The translations under genes were made by a program, and so were the position numbers. A stretch of DNA of 33,175 nt, taken from the sequence record SRR31156797_24930, one strand, 5' to 3'. The notes below the pieces were generated by a model. It saw nothing but the letters and a program-made list of their open reading frames with translations, searched no databases and had not been told where the DNA came from. Below, piece after piece: positions 1-10,313 of the stretch; within the stretch, counting starts at the first letter, position 1; each line of letters begins with the position of its first letter.

Positions 1-372
1 AAAGAATGTGCCGGTTGAGTTAATGATTGATGCCTTCACCCCAGTCGCGAATGCAACACCTATGTAGAAGAAGATGTACTGTAAGCTGGTTTGAGAAAGA
101 CCGAAAACAACGATTTGACGCAATTTCGTTGGTGTTAAATCACGAAATCGCTTTCTGAATATTAAGCATAATATTACGAGGAAAATCCCCGCCAACAAGA
201 AGCGTTGACCCGCAAACACCATTTGCGAGGCAATGTCATGAGCCTCAATGTTTAACAGTGCGTAACCAGTTTTAATCGCTGGATAAGAACTTCCCCAGAG
301 AAGAGTACAGAGTGTCGCAAGGCAGAATACGACAATCGGTCGTGCAAAAAAGTGCGTTGATTTATTGGGCAT
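1..372 (-). CDS. EamA/DMT-family membrane transporter, 5' part (runs off the window start; absent from the ORF track)
   Basis: Hand translation from ATG at 372: MPNKSTHFFARPIVVFCLATLCTLLWGSSYPAIKTGY...FAGQRFLLAG...QYIFFYIGVAFATGVKASIINSTGTFF. The LWG-x-x-x-P-x-IK and RF-x-x-AG motifs are typical of EamA. Frame is open to base 1. Confidence 0.85.
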   Translation of the reverse strand, partial: MPNKSTHFFARPIVVFCLATLCTLLWGSSYPAIKTGYALLNIEAHDIASQMVFAGQRFLLAGIFLVILCLIFRKRFRDLTPTKLRQIVVFGLSQTSLQYIFFYIGVAFATGVKASIINSTGTFF

Positions 373-734
373 AAAGCAGGTCACCTATGGTGTAAATCGG
401 AATAATGGCAGCGTGTAAACAACGTTCTCTGACTATTAAGTAATTAGTCAAAACGCCTTTTTATTAATTTTGTTGGTGCTTTTCATAAGCGCGCATCTTA
501 CTAAACATTTGGCTTTTTCTTAAGCACTAATTTGCGTCATTGGACAATTGTTACCGTATGGCGTTGAGGTTTGCAGCTTTGAGTGGAAACGAACGCACTA
601 TTTTTATGATTTATAAGTAAATATGTGGTGTTTTATTTGGAGGTTTGTGGCAAAGAATTCGATCCACTACCTATACTAATAATTTCATGTTTACGATGCG
701 CTTGGTTAGATAATTCACATAAGAAGAAGATGAT

Positions 735-1529
735 ATGCGGAATTGGTTCGTTTCCCTGTTATGTATTGTTGCGATCTCACTTTCGTCCTCGGCTGGTGCT
801 GAGGACAGCCAACCTCTAATCAGAATTGGAGTACCGGAAAATTTTCCACCATTCTATTTCCAAGATAAAAATGGTCAGTTCCACGGAGCGTCTTACGAAG
901 TGGTGGTCTCCATTCTTGCCTCGTTGGGCTATCGAGTGCAGACAACACAATACCCTAATATGCGGCAAGCACTGGCTCATATAGGCAGTGGGGAAGAAGA
1001 CATCATCGTTAACCTCACAGGCACAGCGTCCAGACGCAAAGTGGCTTACTTTACAAACACCCCGCATATTTATGAATCCCAAGATGTTATCGTTAGAGCA
1101 GATAGCAACATACGTTTCGATGGCAAGTTGCTTCAATTTTCTCCGTATAAGATAGGCGTGATCTTTGGATGGACTTACGGCCCCGACTTTGATTCTGCCG
1201 AGTATCTCAACAAGGAATATGTCAATAATTCTGAAGACCAAATCAAAGGTTTATTGTCCGGAAATTTTGACATGGTGGTTAACAACAAAAACTTTGTGCA
1301 CAGTGTATCGGCTCAACTTGGAGTATCGAGTGCATTTAAAGCCCTAGATCACTCTTTATTCATTCTACCCGTGACGATTGCTGTTTCAAAAGTTTACCCC
1401 AATGCGCTGGAACTTGTAGAGCGTCTTGATAATGAAGTTATTAAGTATCGCCGAACTCAAGAGTATAAGTCTATCCTGACACGCTACGGGTTTGACCCAG
1501 AACTGCTTACCAAAGGTGGTTCGCTATGA
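735..1529 (+). CDS. Periplasmic substrate-binding protein (family 3, amino-acid type)
   Basis: Signal peptide ending SSAGA; ENFPPFYF, D-x-I-VN-x-T-x-T-x-x-R and GWTYG motifs. Stop overlaps the kinase start (ATGA). Confidence 0.85.
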   Translation: MRNWFVSLLCIVAISLSSSAGAEDSQPLIRIGVPENFPPFYFQDKNGQFHGASYEVVVSILASLGYRVQTTQYPNMRQALAHIGSGEEDIIVNLTGTASRRKVAYFTNTPHIYESQDVIVRADSNIRFDGKLLQFSPYKIGVIFGWTYGPDFDSAEYLNKEYVNNSEDQIKGLLSGNFDMVVNNKNFVHSVSAQLGVSSAFKALDHSLFILPVTIAVSKVYPNALELVERLDNEVIKYRRTQEYKSILTRYGFDPELLTKGGSL

Positions 1530-4500
1530 AAAAGATTTTTATGAGAGGTGATTTACTTAAGGTTGTGTTGGCGTTTGTTTTGATTCTCTCTTCTCCTGTT
1601 TGGGCATTGAATAATGAGCATCAACACTCTGACAATCACGCGTTACGTCTGATTGAACTTTCTCAAGAACTGCGCTTAAAGGACGAAATTGCAACCAGCT
1701 CTTTGACCACTTATACCTACACCAATGACTTGCGCTGGTTAGCGAAATACAATCAAGCAATTACAGAGTTTGGAGATCTTTTATCCGAGATAAAACGAAT
1801 TTATCGTGGTGAGGGGTTGGCTCAAATTAAGCTGATTGTCGGGGCAAATGAGTCTTTAGTCTCTCTAGAGGATCGCGTACAACAGTTAATGTCATCAGGA
1901 AAGCAGCAAGATGCTCAACGCTTATTGGAATCAATTGATTATAGTTCAAATAAAAAGCAGTTGAAGGAAGCAAATACGGCGCTTTTAGCCTATCTGGAAG
2001 CAGACTTAACGGACACGTTTTTGATTGACGACAGTGTAAAAGGGTCGACTGTGGGGGCGACGGATTCGCAAACCGCAAAGCTCATTCTGACTGAAGAAGA
2101 ACTGCGTTGGATAGCTGAGAATCCTGTCGTCACTGTGGGCAAAGAAACGGATTGGCCACCATTCAACTTTACCAACTCTGATGGGCAACAGGTTGGTATT
2201 TCAATTGATATTCTTGATCTGATTACCAAGAAAACCGGACTAGGTTTTCAGTTCTCACCACCAGCAAGTTATGGACAACTGCATGAAATGCTGGCTCAAG
2301 GTCAAATCGATGTGGTCGGTGCCGCTTATTTTTCTGAGCAGCGCAGTAATTATGCATTACATACTCCAAGCTATATTGTGTTGCAAGAGTATGTCTATGC
2401 GAGGTCGAGTTCTGATATTCATGCAATCAGTGATCTAAGCGGTCACACTTTGGCTATTCCTCAAGGCTATTCGACCATAGACGTTATAAAGCGGCAATAC
2501 CCGGATATCGATATTATCGAGACAGATTCAATTCTCGATGCAATCCAACTCGTGTTAGAGGAAAAAGCGGATGCAACGATAGATTCTCAAAGTGTGGTTG
2601 AATATTTCCTACGAGAAAATGCGCTGTCAGGATTTCGCTCATTTCCTAGTGATATGGGGTCGCACCCTTTACTGATGTTAGTCAACGGTAGTAAGCCTAT
2701 TCTGCATAGTATTTTAACCAAAGCGATCGTTTCAATTACTCGTGAAGAGCGTCTAGAAGCTCTCGACAATTGGTTGCAACCTGAACATAACACGCCAGTC
2801 ACTTATTCTATACCTTCGACGAGCCTCACCGTTGAACAGCACTCATGGCTTAATAGACACCCTGTGATAAAAATGGCTGCAGATCCAGACTGGCGACCCT
2901 TTGAATTTATTGATGATAGAGGTCGTTATAGAGGCATTGTGGCGGAGTACATCAATTTTATTGCTGATCAATTGGGTGTTCAGTTTGAGTTTGTTGCTAC
3001 TGACAGCTGGAATGAAACACTTGATAAAGCCGTGAATAGAGACGTGGATATTGTGCCTGCTTTGGCACGGACTCCCGAGAGGGAAGAAGACTTTTTGTTT
3101 ACTCATCCATACTTAACTGTGCCAACCGTCGTCATTACCCGGCGTACAGAGCAGAACTTTGCTGATATAGATGAGTTGGAGCAGATGACACTCGGTGCCG
3201 TAGAGGGGTACGCGAGTACTGAGTGGCTCGAAACCAATTATCCTAATGCCAATATTGTAAAAGTTCTCAGTATCACTGAAGGGCTTGAGAAAGTGTCAGA
3301 CGGCAAACTGGATGCCATGTTTGCTAATCAGCTTACGGCCGTTGATAAAGTGAATCGCTTGGCGCTCAACAACCTGAAGTTAAATTTCAGATCGCATTTC
3401 CAATATGAGCTATCGCTGGGCGTTCGTAAGGATTGGTTAGAACTGGTGCCGATCATCAATCAGGTGCTGGATAGTATTACCCCTTCGCAGCGTGATGCGT
3501 TTCGCCACAAATGGGTTAATATTGAGCTTGAAGGTGTAGTTGCCCCAACAATATCAAACAAAAGTAGCCAACTTCCTATTGTGTTGTTTGTTTTAATTAC
3601 GCTTGGCTTAGCCGCATTTTTCTTATTGCTTGCTTGGTACTTAAGTCGTAAAAGCGGTGGGGCGTTAACTTTCTACCAATCTGGTCGGTTACGTGTGTTC
3701 GGTATGCTCGGGGTGAGTTCGTTGCTTATCGCTATCGCGACTTTAACCTGGAACTCCTTAGCCAAAGAAGAACAAATTGCCAGACAAAGAACGGGGCAAG
3801 CCTTAGTGACGGTACTGCACTCCACTCACGATAGCCTACGTTATTGGGTCAAGAGCCGGCTGCAATTAGTCACGTTAGTAGCGAATGAATCTGGTTTAAA
3901 CACGCTGTTTTCTTCAGCGTCGCCAACCGGTGATAGCCAAGAAGGCGGTACCAACTTGGGTTCGTTATTAGATCGGCAAAAATTGGGGGCTGATGATTGG
4001 AAATTTCATATGGTATTGACCGATGGTACGTCTGCCTTCGACAATTCCCAGGCGCTTGAGCACCTGTCTAAAACCCTGCGTAATCGCGTGTTTGCGGGGG
4101 AAACCGTATTTATTCCTCCGACAAGAAACCCAGCCAATGGATTGGTTGAAATCTATTTTGCAGCACCTGTGGTGGATTACACCGGCAAAGCGATCGCTGC
4201 CGTTATCGCTTCGACCGATCCTAAAGGTGAATATGCAAGCATCTTATCAAAAGGACAAATTGGTGAAAGTGGTGAAACTTATGTTGTAGGAACAGAAGGG
4301 TTATTGCTTTCCGAAAGTCGATTCTTAAACAAACTCGATCAATATGGGGTGTTAAGTAAAGGAGAAGTGTCGATACTGAATGTGCGATTAACTGACCCCG
4401 CAACTCGATATGGCGAAGATTCTGAACTAAGTACGGATGCTTTAAGTCCGTCGGTACGCAATGTGATTGCAGGTAAGAGTGGGTTAGAAACCCAAGGTGT

Positions 4501-7500
4501 CGACAGCTATCTCGATCAGCCCGTTTTAAGTGCTTGGGAATGGGATGCTGAGCTGGGCATCGGTTTGGTTACTGATATTAGCGAAGCTGAAGCACTGCAA
4601 TCGTTTGATATCTCGCGTAACACAATGTATTCGGTGTTGGGGGTAACCTTGATATTGTCTCTAAGTCTGATGTCAATTAATGCATGGATAGGACATAGAG
4701 CGAACTCAGCTTTGATGCGAGCGAGAGATGAACTCGAAGACAAAGTAGAAGAGCGCACCGAAGAACTCAATAAAGCCAAAGATCAATTCTACAATTTACT
4801 CGAACTTGCGCCGGATCCCATGGTTATTACCAATGAATACGGCAAAATCATGATGCTTAACAACCAAGCGCAAATATTGTTTGGCTATCAAAACGAACAG
4901 CTGATTGGTCAGTATGCTGAAGTGCTCATTCCAGAGGAAGACCGAGGAACCTATTCGGAAACTGAAGAGTCTTTCGCAAAGTCAATTAAACAGATTTTTA
5001 AAGATAAAGATCTTGAAATCAACATTCTAACAGCGGGCAATCAAAGAATTTCGGTCGAAATTAATGTGAGCCCAATTGAAGCGGAAAACGGCACGTTAGT
5101 CGCGTGTTCTCTTAGGGATATTTCTGAACGTAAGAAAGCAGAGAAGGCACTAGCAGAATCAAGAAAACTGCTGCAGGCCGTTTTGGATAATTCTCCCGCA
5201 CTTATCTATTTGAAAGATGTGGAAGGCCGCTACATTCTGGTTAACAAAGTATGGCAAAAAGTCGTTCGTCGTACTGAAGAAACGGGGATAGGTCTGAAAG
5301 ACGAAGATTTCTTACCTTACGAATCTGCAAAAAGACTACGCCAGAATGATCTAAAAGTCATGGAACAAGGGGAAACTCAGCAACTCGAAGAAACTTTAAT
5401 TCAACCGGACGGGAGTGCGGCGACCTATATTTCGTTTAAGTTTCCAATCTATGATTCTGAAGGTGAAGTCTTCGCTGTAGGTGGTGTTTCAACGGATATT
5501 TCAGAGCTGGTGGACGCCAGAGAACAAGCTTACGAAGCCAATAAAGCCAAAAGTGAATTCTTAGCCAATATGTCGCATGAAATTCGCACGCCAATGAATG
5601 CCATCATTGGCATGAGTTACTTGGCGCTTCAAACCGAGCTGTCTCCTCGTCAGCATGACTACGTAACCAAAATTAACTCTGCGGCTAACTCTTTGCTCGG
5701 CATTATCAACGACATTTTAGATTTCTCGAAAATAGAAGCGGGTAAGCTAGAGATAGAAAGCATTCCATTCAATTTGGATGAAGCTATTGAGACCTTGATT
5801 AACCTTGTCACAGTGAAAGTCCGTGAGAAAAATCTCGAGTTTTTAGTTTCGGTAGAACCGGATGTGCCAAGGGGAATCATTGGTGACCCATTGAGGCTAG
5901 GGCAAATCCTTATTAACTTGGTAAATAACTCAGTGAAGTTTACTGATCAGGGGGAAATTGTCGTTAAAGTTGGTGTTCAACAACGGCATTCCGATAGTGC
6001 TGAACTACTTTTCAGTGTAACCGATACCGGTATCGGCATGACGAAGAAGCAAATAAATGGACTTTTTCAATCATTTAGTCAGGCAGATGCCTCTACCACT
6101 CGAAAATACGGCGGAACAGGGCTAGGACTGAGTATTTGTAAAAACCTGAGCCAGCTGATGGGGGGAGATATTTGGGTTGAGAGTCGGCTAGATAAAGGCA
6201 GCACGTTTTCTTTTACGATTAACGTTGGTTTAAACAGTGAAGCAGAAAGTGCGCCACTGACACTTGATGCCGACTTGCGCGGTTTACCGGTGTTGATTGT
6301 TGACGATAGCCCAATGGCAAGACAGATCATGAAGCAAACCGCTGAATCACTGACGTTTGAACCGATTCTTGCAGGTTCAGGTGCTGAAGCTTTAGAGCTT
6401 ATCGCTAAACATGAAGAGCGGGGTTATCCGTTCAGCTTGGCGTTTGTAGACTGGAAAATGCCCCGTATGGACGGGATAGAACTGAGTGATATTGTGCACT
6501 CGGACGATACGTTAACCTCACCACCGAAAATTATCTTAGTCTCTTCTTACGACGTGTCGGAAGTTCAGCGGTTCGCAGCGAACAAAGTAGAAGGCTTATT
6601 GAGCAAGCCAGTGTCGAGCTCTTCAATGCTTGATGCAGCGATGCTCGCACTTGGAAAAGCCAATGCAACTCAACGTTTGTCTGATTCCAGTGGAAATGAT
6701 CTGGAACTGGTCGCCAAAGTCACCGGTGCGAAAGTCCTGTTGGTTGAAGATAATGAAATTAACCAACAAGTGGCTATCGAACTGTTATATCGAGCCGGAA
6801 TGGAGGTAGACGTTGCAGAGAATGGCCTTGTCTCGGTAGAAAAAGTAAAACAACACAGTTATGACATTGTACTCATGGATATTCAAATGCCGGTCATGGA
6901 TGGATTCACCGCGGCTAAAGAAATTCGTAAGGACAGCCAGTTTGATGAGTTGCCTATTATCGCCATGACGGCTAATGCGATGGCGGGCGATAAAGACAGA
7001 TGTTTAGCGGCAGGCATGCAAGATCATATCGCTAAACCGATTGATGTCGAAATCCTCTATCAAACACTGGCTGAAAGAATTCGTCCACGCGATGGACTTG
7101 GTGTGCAAGATATTGATATTGAATCTCGTAAAGTTAATCAGACAGCGGTTGATTTACCACAAGGTATCGACGGGTTAAATATCGACGTTGGCTTAAGCCG
7201 AGTATCGGGTAACCGAGCACTCTATCTCGATTTGATTAAGCGGTTTGTTAAAGATCAGGCGAGTGCAGTGCATGACATACAGCAGGCGATGGAGCAGGGC
7301 GACCACCAACTAGCAGAGCGGTTATCTCATACTGTTAAAGGTGTTGCAGGAAATATCGGCGCTACGGATTTACAGACCAAAGCACAGCAGTTGGAAAGTG
7401 TGCTGAGTTCCGAAAACTCAGATGAAACTAATATCGGCAAGGCGTTGAGCGATTTTGAACCGACACTGACTCAGTTAATTGACGATATCAGTGGTTACCT

Positions 7501-7957
7501 AGAGCAACTTGAAGCGCAAACCGTCGATACCAGTTCCGAACTCAATGGAAGTGTTGACCAGTATGCGGAGGCTCTCGATTCGTTATTGGCTTTATTGGCA
7601 CAGGATGATGGTGAATCTGAAGAGTGCTTTGCTGATAACAGAACATTAATACAGAGTTATGCGCCCACTAATTTCTATCGTGAGTTGTCGGATCATATTG
7701 AAAGCTTTGATTATGAATCAGCGGCAGAAGTGGTGCGATACTTAATAAAACATTTACCTCAACAGACGGAACTGGATATCTCAGAGCTCTTGGCCTTATT
7801 GGAAGATGATGATGGCGAATCCATCGATAAGTTTGATCAGCAGCGGCACGCGATTAAACAAGCCTTAGACAACTTGGTGTATCAGGATGTAGAGCAAGCA
7901 ATAGAGAATTTTGAATTTGAAAACGCGGCTAAGTTGTTAAGAGAACATGTTGGCTGA
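1526..7957 (+). CDS. Multi-sensor hybrid histidine kinase (helical N-domain, 2x SBP_bac_3, Cache-like domain, 2x PAS, HisKA, HATPase, 2x REC, Hpt)
   Basis: DWPPFNF and DWRPFEF binding-protein domains; H-box FLANMSHEIRTPMN; N-box LGQILINLVNNSVKFT; DTGIG; F-x-QAD-x-STTRKYGGTGLGL; REC motifs DWKMP and DIQMP; Hpt HTVKGVAGNIGA. Confidence 0.93.
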   Translation: MKKIFMRGDLLKVVLAFVLILSSPVWALNNEHQHSDNHALRLIELSQELRLKDEIATSSLTTYTYTNDLRWLAKYNQAITEFGDLLSEIKRIYRGEGLAQIKLIVGANESLVSLEDRVQQLMSSGKQQDAQRLLESIDYSSNKKQLKEANTALLAYLEADLTDTFLIDDSVKGSTVGATDSQTAKLILTEEELRWIAENPVVTVGKETDWPPFNFTNSDGQQVGISIDILDLITKKTGLGFQFSPPASYGQLHEMLAQGQIDVVGAAYFSEQRSNYALHTPSYIVLQEYVYARSSSDIHAISDLSGHTLAIPQGYSTIDVIKRQYPDIDIIETDSILDAIQLVLEEKADATIDSQSVVEYFLRENALSGFRSFPSDMGSHPLLMLVNGSKPILHSILTKAIVSITREERLEALDNWLQPEHNTPVTYSIPSTSLTVEQHSWLNRHPVIKMAADPDWRPFEFIDDRGRYRGIVAEYINFIADQLGVQFEFVATDSWNETLDKAVNRDVDIVPALARTPEREEDFLFTHPYLTVPTVVITRRTEQNFADIDELEQMTLGAVEGYASTEWLETNYPNANIVKVLSITEGLEKVSDGKLDAMFANQLTAVDKVNRLALNNLKLNFRSHFQYELSLGVRKDWLELVPIINQVLDSITPSQRDAFRHKWVNIELEGVVAPTISNKSSQLPIVLFVLITLGLAAFFLLLAWYLSRKSGGALTFYQSGRLRVFGMLGVSSLLIAIATLTWNSLAKEEQIARQRTGQALVTVLHSTHDSLRYWVKSRLQLVTLVANESGLNTLFSSASPTGDSQEGGTNLGSLLDRQKLGADDWKFHMVLTDGTSAFDNSQALEHLSKTLRNRVFAGETVFIPPTRNPANGLVEIYFAAPVVDYTGKAIAAVIASTDPKGEYASILSKGQIGESGETYVVGTEGLLLSESRFLNKLDQYGVLSKGEVSILNVRLTDPATRYGEDSELSTDALSPSVRNVIAGKSGLETQGVDSYLDQPVLSAWEWDAELGIGLVTDISEAEALQSFDISRNTMYSVLGVTLILSLSLMSINAWIGHRANSALMRARDELEDKVEERTEELNKAKDQFYNLLELAPDPMVITNEYGKIMMLNNQAQILFGYQNEQLIGQYAEVLIPEEDRGTYSETEESFAKSIKQIFKDKDLEINILTAGNQRISVEINVSPIEAENGTLVACSLRDISERKKAEKALAESRKLLQAVLDNSPALIYLKDVEGRYILVNKVWQKVVRRTEETGIGLKDEDFLPYESAKRLRQNDLKVMEQGETQQLEETLIQPDGSAATYISFKFPIYDSEGEVFAVGGVSTDISELVDAREQAYEANKAKSEFLANMSHEIRTPMNAIIGMSYLALQTELSPRQHDYVTKINSAANSLLGIINDILDFSKIEAGKLEIESIPFNLDEAIETLINLVTVKVREKNLEFLVSVEPDVPRGIIGDPLRLGQILINLVNNSVKFTDQGEIVVKVGVQQRHSDSAELLFSVTDTGIGMTKKQINGLFQSFSQADASTTRKYGGTGLGLSICKNLSQLMGGDIWVESRLDKGSTFSFTINVGLNSEAESAPLTLDADLRGLPVLIVDDSPMARQIMKQTAESLTFEPILAGSGAEALELIAKHEERGYPFSLAFVDWKMPRMDGIELSDIVHSDDTLTSPPKIILVSSYDVSEVQRFAANKVEGLLSKPVSSSSMLDAAMLALGKANATQRLSDSSGNDLELVAKVTGAKVLLVEDNEINQQVAIELLYRAGMEVDVAENGLVSVEKVKQHSYDIVLMDIQMPVMDGFTAAKEIRKDSQFDELPIIAMTANAMAGDKDRCLAAGMQDHIAKPIDVEILYQTLAERIRPRDGLGVQDIDIESRKVNQTAVDLPQGIDGLNIDVGLSRVSGNRALYLDLIKRFVKDQASAVHDIQQAMEQGDHQLAERLSHTVKGVAGNIGATDLQTKAQQLESVLSSENSDETNIGKALSDFEPTLTQLIDDISGYLEQLEAQTVDTSSELNGSVDQYAEALDSLLALLAQDDGESEECFADNRTLIQSYAPTNFYRELSDHIESFDYESAAEVVRYLIKHLPQQTELDISELLALLEDDDGESIDKFDQQRHAIKQALDNLVYQDVEQAIENFEFENAAKLLREHVG

Positions 7958-7974
7958 GTGCAAGGAGTGCGCAG

Positions 7975-9090
7975 ATGAGTGACAAAAAAATCATACTGAT
8001 TGTTGATGACACACCAGCGAATGTTTCATTGCTTAACAATATACTTAAAGACAGCTACAAAACTAAGATTGCGACCAACGGTGAGAAAGCGTTAAAACTT
8101 GCGGCGTCGGATCCTGCCCCTGATTTAGTGTTGTTAGATGTCATGATGCCAGAGATGGATGGCTATGAAGTGTGCGAACGTTTGAAAAGTGATGACGTAA
8201 CGCGAGATATTCCCATCGTCTTTCTGACAGCCAAGGTCGCAGTGGAAGATGAAACCAAAGGGCTATCGTTAGGTGCGGTCGATTACATCACTAAACCCAT
8301 CAGTCCACCTATTGTACTTGAACGGGTAAAAAATCATTTAGCGCTTAAAGAAGCTCGCGATCTGCTAAAAAACCAAAACCGGATTCTTGAAGAGAAAGTG
8401 CTAGAGCGAACGCGGCAGTTGGATGAGCTGCACGATGTTGCGATGGAAGCGATGGGCGCTCTGGCTGAATCACGAGACCCAGAAACGGGTAACCATATTC
8501 GACGTACTCAGCTATATGTGAAGCTATTGGCTGAAGCCTTGTGTGACCACCCTAAGTTTTCCGATTTGTTAACTCCGGAAAATATTACTCAACTTTGCAA
8601 AGCGGCGCCATTACACGATATTGGTAAGGTCGGGGTACCCGATGCGATCTTACTTAAGCCCGGAAAGCTAACTGATGAAGAGTTCGAGATAATGAAGCTC
8701 CATACTGTGTATGGCCGAGATGCGCTTGTTGCGGCAGAGAAGAAGCTAACCATTCCCAGCGATTTTTTGCTTTTTGCCAAAGAGATTGCTTATAGCCATC
8801 AAGAAAAATGGGATGGTTCTGGCTATCCTGATGGGCTGGCGGGAGAAGACATTCCTGTCTCTGCGCGGATCATGGCCATTGCCGATGTGTATGATGCGTT
8901 AATCAGTCGGCGCGTTTATAAGCCACCGTTCTCTCATGAAAAAGCGATGGCCATTATGATTGAAGGGCGTGCAAGCCATTTTGACCCAGACATGTTGGAC
9001 GCTTTTGTTGAAATATCAGACCGATGCCGCTCTGTCGCTGAAGCCTATTCTGATAGTGAAGAAGACGTGATACCTAGAATCACACTATAA
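7975..9090 (+). CDS. Response regulator with REC and HD-GYP domains (RpfG-like cyclic dinucleotide phosphodiesterase)
   Basis: IVDD...LLDVMMP...DYITKP receiver; ETGNH, HDIGKVG, HQEKWDGSGYP, ADVYDAL and R-x-YK motifs. AAGGAG RBS upstream. Confidence 0.93.
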   Translation: MSDKKIILIVDDTPANVSLLNNILKDSYKTKIATNGEKALKLAASDPAPDLVLLDVMMPEMDGYEVCERLKSDDVTRDIPIVFLTAKVAVEDETKGLSLGAVDYITKPISPPIVLERVKNHLALKEARDLLKNQNRILEEKVLERTRQLDELHDVAMEAMGALAESRDPETGNHIRRTQLYVKLLAEALCDHPKFSDLLTPENITQLCKAAPLHDIGKVGVPDAILLKPGKLTDEEFEIMKLHTVYGRDALVAAEKKLTIPSDFLLFAKEIAYSHQEKWDGSGYPDGLAGEDIPVSARIMAIADVYDALISRRVYKPPFSHEKAMAIMIEGRASHFDPDMLDAFVEISDRCRSVAEAYSDSEEDVIPRITL

Positions 9091-9106
9091 AAGCTCCTCT
9101 CACTTA

Positions 9107-9140
9107 ACAACAAAACCCGCCAACTGGCGGGTTTTGTTGT
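9107..9140 (+). terminator. Rho-independent terminator of the SBP-kinase-HD-GYP operon
   Basis: ACAACAAAACCCGCCA-AC-TGGCGGGTTTTGTTGT perfect inverted repeat with a T tract. Confidence 0.85.
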
Positions 9141-9374
9141 ATTTGGCTGTCGAAAATGGGCGAGCAGAGCGACGAGCGCACAAGATATGTGTTGCTATAA
9201 TGCAATCAGTCGCAATGGTTTGCATCTAAGTGGATTTTAAATCTAAGAAACTCGTCAAACACACTCTGGCTATCCAATCTTTTCCCATAATCAAGTGTAT
9301 AAATCTGCATTTAGTTTGAGTTAGCTCAACAAATGTGGGTGATCTAAACCTGAAAGTTATAAAACGATCACAAA

Positions 9375-9408
9375 TCAAATATGAATGGTTTTGTTCAAAT
9401 ATGAATGG
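9375..9408 (+). promoter_or_regulatory. Tandem operator candidate upstream of kduI (probable site for the local IclR regulator)
   Basis: Exact 14-nt direct repeat TCAAATATGAATGG at 9375-9388 and 9395-9408 (20-bp period). Each copy has a (T)TCA-N4-TGA(A) dyad. Confidence 0.6.
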
Positions 9409-9442
9409 GTGCTAAATTTCTCCCATCTTAAAGGAGGGTGCT

Positions 9443-10279
9443 ATGCACATTAATTACAACAACAATCCAAAAGACGCTAAAGCGTACGATACGGATCGTT
9501 TAAGAGAAGAATTCCTTACAGAACAACTGTTTAAAGATGGTGAGATCACAGTTGTTTATAGTCATATTGACCGTGTTGTTGCTATGGGTATCAGCCCTAG
9601 TGAAAAAGCACTGAAGCTAGAAGATTATGTTGATAACAAATCTTTCGGCACAGACTTTTTCTTACAACGTCGTGAATTGGGTATTGTGAACCTTGGTGAG
9701 AAAGCAGAAGTGCGTACTCAAAATGGTGTTTACGTACTTGAGCACTTAGATGCGGTTTACTTGGGTAAAGGCGAGCAAGATATTGAGTTTCGCGCTTTAG
9801 AAGGTGAGTTTGCGAAGCTGTACTGCTTAAGTGCTCCAGCACACCACACTTATCCGTCACGCGCAATTTTGCGTAGTGAAGCTCGTGTTGTAGAACTAGG
9901 TTCACTAGAAACGGCGAACGACCGTGTGATTAACCAATATCTGCACCCAGATGTGCTACCTACATGTCAGCTATGTATGGGCGTAACGCACCTGAAACCG
10001 GGCAGCGTTTGGAACACTATGCCGGCTCATACCCATGAGCGTCGTATGGAAGCTTACCTATATTTCAACGTTCAGCCATCTCAAGTGGTTTTCCACTTTA
10101 TGGGTGAGCCGACTGAAACTCGTCACATTGTTGTGAGAAATCACCAACTGGTTCTGTCACCAAGCTGGTCGATTCACTCTGGATGTGGCACGCAAAACTA
10201 CAGCTTTGTTTGGGGAATGTTAGGTGAAAACCAAACATTCGACGATATGGATTTCGTTGATATGAACGAAATTCGATAA
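9443..10279 (+). CDS. kduI: 4-deoxy-L-threo-5-hexosulose-uronate ketol-isomerase
   Basis: 278 aa; YSHIDR, FL-x-RRELG, SAPAH, WNTMPAHTHERRME-x-Y-x-YF, SPSWSIHSG and GENQ-x-FDDMD motifs of KduI. AAGGAGG RBS. Confidence 0.95.
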   Translation: MHINYNNNPKDAKAYDTDRLREEFLTEQLFKDGEITVVYSHIDRVVAMGISPSEKALKLEDYVDNKSFGTDFFLQRRELGIVNLGEKAEVRTQNGVYVLEHLDAVYLGKGEQDIEFRALEGEFAKLYCLSAPAHHTYPSRAILRSEARVVELGSLETANDRVINQYLHPDVLPTCQLCMGVTHLKPGSVWNTMPAHTHERRMEAYLYFNVQPSQVVFHFMGEPTETRHIVVRNHQLVLSPSWSIHSGCGTQNYSFVWGMLGENQTFDDMDFVDMNEIR

Positions 10280-10313
10280 CAAGAAATTTGAGAATTGTAT
10301 CCTACGGAGAAAC

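Noticed and set aside
9315-9372. CRP-like sites upstream of kduI (TTTGA-N6-TCAAC; lone TCACA)
   Set aside because: Plausible for a sugar-acid operon, but too degenerate to call without a matrix scan.
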